A stretch of DNA of 64,000 nt. Source: Marsupella aquatica (lineage: Eukaryota > Plantae > Marchantiophyta). A program made the position numbers and the translations under genes. The notes under the pieces are model-generated. The model was not told the origin of the DNA, made no database searches, and saw only the letters and a list, made by a program, of their open reading frames with translations. Below are positions 35,700 through 47,894 of the stretch, piece by piece (the stretch's first letter is position 1; each line of letters begins with the position of its first letter). Location of the stretch: contig OZ316895.1 in NCBI GenBank assembly GCA_973895155.1, forward strand, positions 19,296,803 through 19,360,802. The letters are read 5' to 3'.

Positions 35700-37736
35700 T
35701 TCTGGCTTTGGGCTGGGGTCGCCTTTCCTGGGCCGGGAATACCCACCGTGATGGGGTTATCTTGGGCTTGTTGAGCCAAGGGAGGCTTTGGCGGTCAAAA
35801 CGAGCATACCACTTGATGATTATTTTGATGTGGCTTGCGAGGTATGCCTTTTCGCCGAGGTACAAGGTCTTGCTTCGCCGCTCCATCTCCTCGTGGAACT
35901 TCTTGACAAAGAAAGAATCCCACTTCCTAGGCCGGTAGTTCTCAACTTGGATTACTTGGGCAGCGAATATTTTGCCCCTTGGCTCCATCAAGTGGAGGGC
36001 GTACCTCTAGAACTCCAGTCGCTCCGCTATCTCCAGGATGAGGCATGTCCTCATCAAGAATCCGTTGTCCATTGATCCTTCAGCCGGGAAGCTAGAGGAC
36101 TGATACTTGGCTCCCTTGCCCCTGAGAGCTCGTGATTCCACCCGATTTACTCCTTTGAGTAGGCCGAAGATCATCTTGAGCCATGCCTTGCTAAGGGACA
36201 TCACTCTTCCATGCGCACGGGTTTGTTGGTGGGCCTCGTCGTAGTTCTGGATGAACTCCGTCATATCCTACCCATAGTACCTGCTAGCATTCCAAGGGAG
36301 AGAGGCAAGGTGCTCAAACCCTTGGGTCTTCAGGTAGCATGCATGCTTGGGGTGAAGAATGTTCTTGTGGACATTCTCCCCATGCGATACATGGTCAGCT
36401 TGGCCACCGCAACTGTGGCCAAAGGCAGTCGAGATACAGTCGCGGGTTCCTTTCTCTTCCTACCCCAAGACTGGTTCCCAGGGTGACTTGTAGAGGGGGA
36501 CATCTCCCCATCCTCTCTATTGGGCGGCGGCAGTGCTACGACCGTAAGTACTGGTGCTAGTGGTCACCGTGTCATCTACCAGAGCTGTCACTTGAGTCCG
36601 GGTTTGTGCGGGTGGTGACGTGTTGCCTGGCTTGTGTGTGCTCACCCCTTGAGGTTGCCGGTGTAGGGGAGGGTGAGCCTCTTTGTCCTCAGAACTGATG
36701 TTCATAGCGGATCGTACTCGGAGGGGTGGTGCGACCGGTGGTGGAGATTGGCTTGGCTGAGGCCGAGGTGGTGTTGGTGAGGGCACCAATGAGTTGGCGA
36801 TGGTTGTAGCTAGAGGAGGCGCCATAAGATTCAGCAAGTCTGAGGGGAAGCTGAGTGAGGTCAGAAAGGATATCTCACCCGTATCTACGTTACCAAACTG
36901 ATAGTCTATGGAAGCCTGAACTTTGGCGGGGATATGGTCAAAGTGGTGTTGTTGCAAGTCTATCGTGCCTGGGAGTGTGAAAACCTCGTCCGAAAGCCAA
37001 AGGAGCACTTCCTGGAAGCCAATGTACTTTGGACCATCAAAGAAGTATTTGCAGATCTTGTCGGCTTGACAAAGCTCGCTCTGGAATGGGAGGTTGAAAT
37101 TGCCGTTATAGTGAGAGCGCCCAGCTAGGCAGATGAGTTGTTCGTATTGCCTTTTGGTTTTGTATCAACGCAAGTTGACTTTGGCCAGCAACTTTGCTAA
37201 ATGATTTCCGACGGATAGAAATTGAAGCCAAAACCGAAGGGCCAAACTGGACATAATCGTGACAGACATACAAGAAATGGCGGTGGATGACTAAGGAGCA
37301 AATGAGCAAGTTGGGATCAAAGCTGGTGCAAGGAGTGAAGTGTTGATGCTTTGAGAGAGAATGGCCCGCCTTTTATACCCTGAGGGCTCGTCGGCCGAAC
37401 GACCCCTTCCTCTTTCCGATAGGCCGATCCCTTCATGCTTGCAGTGTACCGGCCACTCCGCAAGTCCGGGTCAGAGTGTGTCAGCAAGCCGCCCCCTTGA
37501 GTTGTTGTACAGACCCGAGGGGGCTTCCCTACACGCTTGCAACCCGGTGGTATAAATGGCGCTCCGCTGCCAGCCCGAGCGTAAATGCTCCTTATTGACT
37601 AATGATGCCCTAGTCGTGTTTACTACCTACTTTAGTGTCGTTATGCTAATAACTACGAACTACTATGTCCATAGCGCGCATGCTAAGCACGAATTAGACC
37701 GGATCAGTCATTAACCGCCGTGCTGGCGGCGTCACA
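35700..37736 (-). mobile_element. Truncated copy of the 2644-6240 element family
   Basis: Similar to ~4535-6240 (e.g. RVESRA..GKGAKYQSSSFP..DNGF.MRTCLI.EIAERLEF), with the same right terminus GGCGGCGTCACA. The left part is missing. Confidence 0.88.
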
Positions 37737-38518
37737 ATCATCATCACGGGCAGAACCTGGATGTGTCCCACCACAAACACAATCATTGATGAAATGACAA
37801 GTATTCCATGCTAGGCAATTGCCCCATGCCATTCTTGCCATGTACTGTGCAAAAGTCTGCACTATGTTTGAGTGACCTCCCCTGCAACGATCACATGTTT
37901 GGGTGTGACAATGGAGACAAGCCTCCAAGAAGACACAGTCCTCATCCAATACCCCAAGTGTTTGTTTAACTAGACGGATACTGTTTGGGACATTTCAGCC
38001 CCCTGTAATGGTTGCAAGGCAGACTTGGATAGCCCCAGGTCACAGCATAGTTTGCAGGCACGACCCCATTGTGAATCATGTTCGCACGGAATTGCTCACC
38101 CTTCTGTTGATGGTAAGTACTCAGACAATGCACTGCGTGTCACAACCATCTTCAGTGCACCTAGACTGAGATTGTGCTTGCTCCAACAAAATGACAAGGC
38201 CCAAGGCCACAACTAACAGGGTACAGGGGCCGACCTTTGCTCAAACCCTAAACTTCCCCACTTTCTGCCTTGTGCTAGAATGTCCCTGCAAAAAAAAGAG
38301 AAGCAACTAATTTTTAAAAACCTACATAAACCAAAGGAACTACACACTACTCCAAGAACCAAACAGTGGATCTACAAAGAATTGCAGCAGACAAGCAATG
38401 CTTTATTAAATTGCTCCAAGATTGAGCAAAGGTTACATTTACAATAAGCTACACACATTTACATTTTGGCATGATCAAGTTTACACCTCTCCAAACTGCA
38501 CCTGCCAGGTTATCCTAT

Positions 38519-38920
38519 TTAATTCTTTTCTACTTTTCTCTTAGCAGAGTCTACCTCAGACTCTACCTTAGTCAACATTAAGTTGAAAGGGCCTTCTTCC
38601 AGTAGGAATTCTACTTTGAGGGATTCGCACATCCATTCAAATGAGACAACTTTCAATGCCTGGTCTTGAATGAGGGAATTAACACCAAACCATGTCCACT
38701 TGGACATGATTGCTCTCCAAGAACCAGCAACAATGTGAGTGGTGTTGCTGGAAGCAATAGTGCAAAGCTCACCATGACGTTGAATTAGCTTTCTATGGAA
38801 AACTTCAAAACGAGCTCTTGAAAATTCATTTGGAACTAAGAAGGCATTCACACCCTGAAAAGTTGGCTTCAAAACTGAACAGGGCAAAACCGTTGGTGCA
38901 GAATCATTTCTACAACCCAT
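38519..38920 (-). pseudogene. BRCT-domain-like exon/fragment (resembles the X-family polymerase lambda BRCT)
   Basis: FQGVNAFLV...RARFEVFHRKLIQRHG...TTHIV...KVVSFEWMCESLK fits the BRCT pattern (F.G..F, G, THxV, WxxxS). Confidence 0.6.
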
Positions 38921-40336
38921 GGCACAGTCAACCCTAAAGCTAGAGGCCCTATTGTCCTCTGCAACAATGTGGAGCTTACTTGGATCCTAGCCTCCCCACA
39001 ACTTTTGTAGTCAAATGAGAACCCAAACTTCTGCTCACCACCTATTATTGAGTGAATTTGCACATTTCATAGTGCACAATTAATATATATTAGCGACTGA
39101 CCAGCGCACTAAAAACAAGAGTAAAAATTTGTATCCATGAAACAAGTGTTATCAAGCCTTAAGCCAGCTAGCCAATGTTCGCAAACAGAATAGACATTGC
39201 AAAGTCCACACAAAATTCTACATTTCTAACATGCCAAACAAAGCACATGGCAATGCTCACCAATAATGCCCAAGCCCAATCCTTCTTGACCAACAATTTT
39301 CACCCACATTCACCTAGATCGGTCCACTATCCTGTCTCTGTACATTCAAATCAGTCACACAGTTGAATAATACTGCACAACTTCAACTATAGTACATACG
39401 CGACCAGCCCATAATTGAAAAGAGGGGAGATTCACACCTGGAGTATGCTGTCTATTGCACAACACTGATATAGAATCCAACCCTAAACAACACGATTCGA
39501 GACCCACCAGTAAGTGAACTCGCCCTACAAAGACAACAATGGAGCAAAAAATTCATAATGTAGCCCTTGCACAATAATGTTGACCTGCACTGTGACATTG
39601 TTCACAGTCTTACTACCAACAAGCTTTCTCAACACTTTCTATGATGCAATCTTGGGATAACGTACATGGCCAAACACAAAATGCAAGTAGATGCCTATGA
39701 TCTTAGAAATAGCAACAAACTCCAACAAATGACAATGTAATTCTAGATGAACCAAGTGAAAATGGTAGGCAACAGTGAACAAACCTTGACTTTCCGAACA
39801 TGGCTAGCAGTAGCAAATGTCAATCAAGCTCCTGAAAATGCCATGCAATAGCTTGGCAACATGTAAACCTATGGCAGCAGAAAATAGCACAATCAAGTAT
39901 CGAGGTCGAGCCAAACTGCAGTCAACAATGAACCCCAACTTGAAGCCATGGCACACAACAAGCAATTGGCAACAATGATGAGCAGCAAGCACACAAGAAT
40001 GGCAAGCACAGGTAATAGCAACATTCATACCTTCATAGGACAGTTGTCGTGCATATACACATCGCTACACAACATACATCCAGACATAGTTACACTGCCA
40101 CATCACAAACACAAGAGAATGAAATACAAGTGGAACTCATGTCCACACATGTCCAAAACCTATTGCCCCCCTAGCTGCGAGTAAGGTCCCCTTACTCTAG
40201 CTAGCCATGAGTTCTACAAGGTTGATATACACCTTGTTAGGTGTGAAGATCAGGAGGCCGAGTGCAAGTGAGCCCCATCAATCACCTACCTGCAATCCAT
40301 ATCTTCCAAGAGAACACAACTGAGAACTAGTCGGAT

Positions 40337-40489
40337 TCACCGACACTGGGGACACAACCATGATCCACTAGGAATCACCTGCAATGGTGGTGTCAAACAT
40401 GACATGTGTCATCCTCTAGAATACTTATCACAAATCAACATAGTAGCTGCTCCCTGAGCAAATCCACACAACATACATTTCAAGCCAGC
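40337..40489 (-). pseudogene. PHD finger at the C-terminus of the Gypsy integrase
   Basis: Hand translation: CMLCGFAQGAATMLICDKYSRG*HMSCLTPPLQVIPSGSWLCPQCR* (C4HC3 pattern, one Cys degraded to Tyr). Confidence 0.85.
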
Positions 40490-40559
40490 ACGAACATGTG
40501 CCAGGCTTGGATCTACTGTACCATCAATTAATGTTGGGAAGGTGACATGGTGCACAGTT

Positions 40560-43353
40560 GCGCACATGATCCTTCCAAACCATACTTTCGCGCCCCTCCA
40601 ACATCAAGACACTAGAAGGCAACACTTCATGCACATGTAAGATTGTCCGGCCTGCGGTCACATCAAGTGTTGTGGGTGCTGTCTGCTGCAAATAAACATA
40701 ATCACTAGGATAAAATCATCGAATGCTTGCACGGTAACCTCCTCCACGAATAGTGGCATACCTCAAAGTATCACAATGTTGGGCAATGGCAAAGTTGTCA
40801 AAAGCCATGGACATCACTTGCTAAAATACCCGTGCTTTCTCTGAACACACCTTGACCCAAACATCAGGATCATTCAAGTTCACAACTGATGCAACATTGA
40901 TCACGACGAATAGTTACTGGAAAATCTGGCTCTCTACCATAGAGCAAAAAGTAAGGTGAGAAGGATGCAAGTGATGCTTGCCGACTGAAACGGTAGCCCA
41001 TAGCTAACCAAGGTAGCTGGAGATCCCAATCTCCCAGATGACCAACCTGCAAGCCATACTTACGCAATCCTCTCTTCACAATTTGCACAACTCTCTCAGC
41101 TAATCCATCTGCCTTAGGATGATCATGAGAGGTAGTACAATGATCAATCAGAGCTTGTTCACACAAACTCTCAAACTCTCCACAGAACTCAGTTCCCTAA
41201 TCAGTCAACACCTCAGCTGGTGCTCCAAAATGACTGAGTACGCGATCCAAAAATGTAGCAGCAACTCCTTCACTGGCTTTATCTGGCAATGCCACTAGCT
41301 CAATCCACTTGGAGAAGTGCTCCACCATGACCAAAACATACTGATTATGACGTTGGGTAAGAGGTAATGGACCAGCAAAATCCAAACTCCAACAATATCC
41401 CAAACCCATGATCGGCAACGGATGCAACTGGGGAGTGGGAGCATTAAATGATGCTCTCACTCTATCACATACTACACACTTAGCTATCAACTGCTGGACA
41501 TGAGTGTGCATACCACGCCACCAATACTGTGTCTGCAACAAGCTATAAGTGCGCTTCACACCAAAGTAACCCAACTCCTCGTGCGCATGTCGCACCAAAT
41601 GTACTCGTTGTGATGGTTTTGGTACCACCAACACCCTACCATCATGCAGTACTCTCAGAAGATGGTTTCCCTCCCATCAAAACCTCTTGGCGCTTTGTAG
41701 AACCCTGTCACGTTCCTTGGCATCAACACTGCCAACAATAGAGCCACTGCGCAGATATTCCAACACTCTCACATCATTGTGAATATCTTGCTTTCCAGAA
41801 GTTACCTCACCAACATCCACATTTGAAGACTCATCATCCACTCCATCCAATGAGGTAGAGTCCATAGATCCACTATATGCTGGCACCCAACAAAGAAAGG
41901 CAGATGCATGCCATCCTGACACCATCTCCTTATCTGACTCATCATGCCATTTGGCTCCAGTCTCATCCTTCTGACTGGTACATGGGTTGCGGCTCAACCC
42001 ATCTGCATCCAAGTTCACCTTTCCAGGTCTATGTACAACCTGGAAATCATACTCCTGCAACAACAATGCCGATCTTGCAAGCTTCCCAGTAAGCTTGTCA
42101 GACTCCATTAACCACTTGAGAGGCTGATGATCAGTGATCAAAGTGAAAGGATTACCAAGCAAGTAACAGCGGAAGTGTGCCACAGCCCACACTGCTGCCA
42201 AACACTCTCCCTCATAAGAGCTATACTTAGCCTCTGCTGAATTGTTTGATCTATTGGCATATGCCACAACAAACTCATGCCCTTCATCATCTTTCTGAGT
42301 CAGCATTGCTCCAAATCCTACTCCACTCCAATCAGTGTGTAGCTGAAATGGTCTGCCTGAAATGGGTCTTCTCAAAATAGGGGATGATGCCAACCTTTGC
42401 TTCAACTCGTGAAAGGCATGCTCATAGTCATCACCCCAAGTCCATTCTTGATCCAACTTAGTAAGTATGGTTAAAGGTTTAGCAAACTGGCTAAATTCTT
42501 TAACATACCTCCTGTAATAGCTCGCCAATCCCAAGAATGCACGAACTCTGCTCACATCAGTAGGATGAGGAATCTGTGTAATGGCCTCCACTTTAGTCTA
42601 CTGTACACCCAATCTCCCTGGGTATATAGTGTGACCCAAATACTCAATCTGGTCTTGGAAGAACTTACACTTGCTAGGATGGAGCTTCAACCCATGTGCT
42701 CTCAATCTCTCCAACACAATCTGCAAGTGTTGCTGATGTTCTTCCACAGTACAAGAATAGATCAAAATATCATCAATATAACATCTGACAAAATCCAAAC
42801 CTGCAAGGATTTGATCCATGACTCTCTGGAACTCAGCTGGTGCATTCTTGAACCCAAATGGTAAGAACAACCATTGATACAAACGATCTTTGCCATATGA
42901 ATCAATCCCCCAGAATGTTGTCTTGGACCTGTCAGCATGCCTAATTGGAAGCTGATGGTACCCTGCCCTCAGATCCAATGAATTGAAAACCTTTGCATGC
43001 CCCACAGCATCAAAGATCTCCTCAAGTGTGGGCATGGCATATCAATCAGATTTTGTCTGGCGATTAATAAGTTTGTAATCACCACACATGCGTCTATCTA
43101 TGTAATTGCCATGCACATCTTTCTTGGCTGGCATCATTGTGGCAAATGCATACTCCCCATATGAAATCTCCACCAATCTAGCCTCCAACAAATCTTGAGT
43201 TTTGCTTCGAATCAGAGCTCTCTCCATGTCACTATAATGGTATGGTCTATGAAAGATTGGCGCATCACTAGCCAATTCAATCTGAATACCAGGGCCCTTC
43301 AATGTCCCCAAATTCTTCACGATGCATGCAAAACAATTCCAATAACTCTTCAA
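40560..43353 (-). pseudogene. Gypsy RT, RNase H and integrase (interrupted by stops)
   Basis: ORFs 43042-43353, 42598-43035, 41677-42591, 41197-41634 and 40870-41166. Confidence 0.95.
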
Positions 43354-43669
43354 GAATCAATGCATGCACCGTCTCTCCTCCCCTGTCAACTTAGGACCAA
43401 TTTGTGGCTCCCAACTCTCCACCAGATCCCTAATGTCTTTTTGTAGGGTAGAAGAGATAGCCGATGATTGCTATTTAGCTGTAGATTGAGCAGTCCCTTC
43501 CTGCTCAACAATCTGTCCAGCCTTGGCCAATCCTGCCATAGGTCCATGGACTGTCTGCTCGCCCCTAACTATGGTCATCACTGTCTCAATGAACGGCAAG
43601 CTCACCAATGGACGATCAATAACACTAGTAGAGCGCATTCGCAACTGTTCAACTACTCCCAAGCTAATA

Positions 43670-44600
43670 ATCCAAGTCAAGCAATTCAAATCCATGACTT
43701 GACCAAGGACCTAGCGGCATGAACTCTCTGACACCGAGGCAACTGCAATGGTGCCTATCAAAAATCATCAGCAATAGGTTCCACTAACTGCTGGAGAGCT
43801 ATGTCCCACACAAGTCCAGGACCACCTGCTCTGAATGCATATGAAGCAGAGTGGCTCACAAGAGTGGGTAATGCACAACATGGGCGCCCAACTACATTGA
43901 CCACTGCCAATGGAGGTCTATCAGGTTGGGTCACACCCTGTGCACGACACCCTAGATCCAAAATATCATCCACCACTAAGGCTGGTGAGCGTGGAATGCT
44001 GTCAAATATGCACTTCAGCACCTCACATGGGATCAAATTAGTCCATCACAAGCATGGACGATGTGCACAAGAACCCACCCGTGCAGCATCCAATAACACA
44101 GCAGATTCAATCCAAGACCTCACCTGGTGAATACTGGCAACAATCCGACAATAATCATCACCTAGCAATGGCAAATTCTCCAAAATATATGTAGGGGACT
44201 GTGTCTGATGTAGCTAGAGATGATGCAGCACCCGTAACATCTCCCAAAACAATGCAGAGCGTGGATCATGAAGTCCATGCCCAACGCCAGCTCTAGATTG
44301 GCCTTGACATGGCCAACTAACAATCACCAAATCAGTGGGACCAACACAATGCAGATGATCCGCCCCCAACAATGAAATATCAGCAAGTAGTGCATGCTAA
44401 TAACCTTGAACAGCATCCACTGGCAGCAATTGTGGATATCTATCCACCAACATAGCCATATGTTGGAATGAGACCCTCCGTGCTGTCTCATCTGTCTCCA
44501 CATACAAATAACAACGCACAGGAATTCCTGCCTGAAGAACAACAGCCAATCCAGTGCTAATCCCACCAAATAGATCCAACAAGAAAATACCCTCTAGTGG
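43670..44600 (-). pseudogene. C5 DNA-cytosine methyltransferase domain inside the Gypsy pol
   Basis: Motif I LLDLFGGISTG (LDLFGG at 44562-44579); II YLYVETD; III DI; IV DLVIVSWPCQG (WPCQG at 44301-44315); V GLHDPRSALF; VI YILENL (ENL at 44172-44180); VIII LDAARVGSCAHRPCL*WTN; X VLGQVMDLNCL. Motifs I-VIII lie in one frame broken only by stops. Confidence 0.9.
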
Positions 44601-47600
44601 ATACTGCCAAGCAATAGGAGTGGTATCCAATGGTGAAAGAGTCACCGGTCCATTTGCACGAGACTACTCTGCTCCTGACTATGGTGTAAAAGCATGACGT
44701 AATGCGTCATGTACCAATCATGTTGTTGCTTGTGGCAAGGCCTGTCCAGTGCCCCACACTGGTGGTGTCACACTACCAACAGGGTAATCCCCGCATGATC
44801 TGCTCCTCATGTGACACCTCCAATCGTGGAACATCTGTTGCATGTGCATTACCCTCAATCAAAATCATCGGGTCTAGTAATCACACCACTTAATGCTGCC
44901 AAAGACAGTGGTGTAGATTTAGGGCCTCCCACAGGTCCACTAAATCACACTGGCAATTTGCTCAATCGAGCATCTCCTGACTGCCAATCAGGTCTATATG
45001 ACACTGATTCATCCCAAAAATCAAGAATAAATCCCATGGGGTAGAGCATTGTACATCCCACCAACACATCATATGACAATGCCTTAGTCAAAATAGCTCG
45101 TGCCTATATCTATGAGCTATTTGTCGCATGACCTTCCTGAATTCTCAAATCAAGTGGTCTCCTGGTGATATGCTGTGTAGGTGTAGGTCCCCCCAATGAA
45201 ATCTCAATGGGAAAGGGACAATCCTCCAAATCCTCTGGATGCAATCCCAACCCACGTATGGTAGATTTTCCCAACATCAAGGGCTGAGCACCAGTATCCA
45301 ATTATTATAACACTCTCTTTGGCCGGTATACTGCTCCAAAAGGCCCAACTAATCGGAAGATACCACTCCGATTATCCATGGATGCAACACTAGGTTTAGA
45401 CCTAGTCCTCTCAAATGCAGGGCGTGCTGGTAAATCCACCAACCTCATTGCTGCTGCATGCCATGTCTCACTAGTAGCAGTAGATGGCATGGTCTTCATT
45501 GCTTCAACACTGCAAGCTGGTTCTGCATGGGAAGCAACAATCGGAGTGTCCTCATAGAGTGTAGCTGCCAATCTGAACACTTCTGCAGGACCAATTCCCA
45601 AGTTCAACATGTCTATTGCTAAAAATAATGGGGTGCGCACTATGGTAGTAACCGCCCCCAGCAAGGTACCTGTCATCCCTCTACATCACTACCTGATTCT
45701 GCCAACTGAATCACCTCTCTAAGGATCCAACTCTACAACTGCTCCACGGGGCTCAAGAACTTTGGCTGCCCCACATGTCAAAGCTGTTGTGCATCAATAT
45801 GTGTAGTGCCACACATGAATCCCATGGTGGCAAGGTCTCCATCAGCTCCATAAGATGTGGAAGGACCATGGGATGTGGAAGGTCCATAGGATGTAGATGC
45901 CCCATCACCAAAAGTAGGTCTCACTTGGGAACTAGCCATGGCAGCTAGCTGTTGCTCCAATTGAGCAATCTTAGCATCCTTTGGATCTATGGTTACAGCA
46001 GGGGTAGCGTCATCTCCCTGTCTCCCTACATGTGGCATGCCACGACCACGTCCACCACCTCTACCTCCTCCCCCTCTTCCCTGATCATGTGTACGGGATC
46101 CTCCTCTTTGTAACTCAGGGTGGAGTGAGAAACACTTATCCTTGGTGTGTTCAGGAGCTCCACAATGATCACACTGTTGCTGATCAGGCGCTGATGCTCC
46201 CCCTGATCCTCTATGATTTGCGTAATATCTCTGTGCATGATCTCCACCACAGGTCCAACATCCTGACTGCGCGTTGTCTAGCATAAGAGGGCACAGGTCT
46301 CTGGCTGGTAGACTCTCATGCAATAGGCTTCTCCCTTTGGCTCTTTTGTGCAGTAGGCTATGGTGTGGATGTAGATGCAGCCTTTGGTGCTTCCTTGGCA
46401 AATCCAAAAGTCACCACCTTCTCATTCACCATATTGAGCTCAATGCGCTCATAAAGGGTAAAAACAACTGCTAATATAGGATCTACATCCCTAAGCAGAG
46501 TGACATCTCTCACTCTATGTCGCAACTCTCTGTCCAAAATTGTGTACCAAAATTGGACTGCCTGAGCCTCTATCACTCCCTTGGTGACAATGATCAATCT
46601 ACACATATGACTGTATGCCTCCCGTAGACTCTCTCCAATCTTGCGCTGAAAGTCCTGGAGACCCTTCAACTTATTAGTTCTCACACCCTGATAGTTTTGC
46701 TTAAGCACCTCAAAGAATTTCATCATAGGGTTAAATGTTGGTGCAACTCTAGTTTCAGTCATAATCACACCGGCAAGAGTAGCGGTGGATGCTGTTGGAG
46801 TGCTATTGGTGGATGGTGTGCCACTTTGGCTAGTGCTGCTAGAAGCAACAGTTGTGGCAATGGGTTGGGCAGCCGCACTAGTGCCATAGGTGATGGACAC
46901 ATAATTAGGCGACCAATGCTGCCTCCATGCCTCAATTTCAACCAAATGAGCCTTCCAAAACTCATGGTAGTCATCCATGGGTGACCCCTCCAAATACTGA
47001 AATAATCCCTTGCATGCCATGAAAGGGGTAAACAACGTGGCATTACGGAATGTCTGCATATCACACCACGTATCAAACTCCTGGATGAAGTCATCCAGAT
47101 CAATCGTGTCAACTACACCAGAGTATTGTCGTGGGCCCTTTGTAGCCCCGTACATCTCTTCCATATCCCACAACAAAGGTGCAATCACCTGATGATGAGG
47201 AGAATTGGTCATAGAGTCCTCGTCAGAATCACTGTCTAAAGCTGTGCTGCTGACTGCTACCAATGTCACTGGCCGACACTGCGCCCCACTTCGAGTGAAT
47301 CCGGTCCGTCGTCCATTGGGTAACCCAGCAGCACCAAAAGGATCCATGGTGACCAACCTAACCTAATCTATATGCTAACCCTAAGGGCAATCTGTCCCTG
47401 TCAGCAACACAAGCACTCACCATGGTGTGTTGGGCATCACTCCAACATCACCAAGAGAGAAATACGTAGCACAACTAGAATGTCCAGTTGCAAACCCGGA
47501 TCACTCCTATAGAATCAAGCGCCCAAGCTGTAGTTTGCTATGAAGAACCAAAAACACACTTAAAAGGTCTTCAAACTCGGTATTCGTTCCCGTAAAGAAC

Positions 47601-47894
47601 AAGATATATGGGGTTGGTTTGATAGATTTAAACAACAATAATAGACTTAAACTATTTTCTACACATAGTAATCAAGTTTGATTACTTTACTAAGGTATTT
47701 TGAAGATCGCTCCACAGCGGTGAGAAGTTTTCAATGATATCTCAGCATCATGTAACCATAAATTAATGAAAAGGGAATGATTAACAAAATACACCAAAAA
47801 TATCTTAAAGTATGCTAAGGGAGTCTGGAATTGACCAAGGTTGCTCCTTAAACATGAGTCAAAATGAAAAGACTTAAGGATTCATCCACAAGAG

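Larger units (their letters stand above)
40160..47360 (-). mobile_element. Ty3/Gypsy retrotransposon relic with gag-ZnK-PR-DNMT-RT-RH-INT-PHD architecture
   Basis: gag 46358-47356; zinc knuckles (CDHCGAPEHTKDKC); PR DTGA ~45298; RT LDLRAGYHQ/PFGFKNAP/YIDD; RH TDWS/TDHQPL; INT H2C2 and DDE; PPT-like AGGGGGGC ~40165-40172. No LTR pair recognised. Confidence 0.92.

Noticed and set aside
40171-40197. Hairpin followed by CTAG, as at a Helitron 3' end
   Set aside because: The spacing is short, it runs straight into a G-run PPT at the end of a Gypsy, and no TC 5' end or A|T insertion site was found.
43670-44600. Host DRM/DNMT3 gene or bacterial restriction-modification contamination as the source of the MTase motifs
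   Set aside because: Motif order is unpermuted (unlike DRM), there are no introns, and the domain is collinear within gag-pol with the same C-to-T-type stop decay as the flanking retroelement domains.
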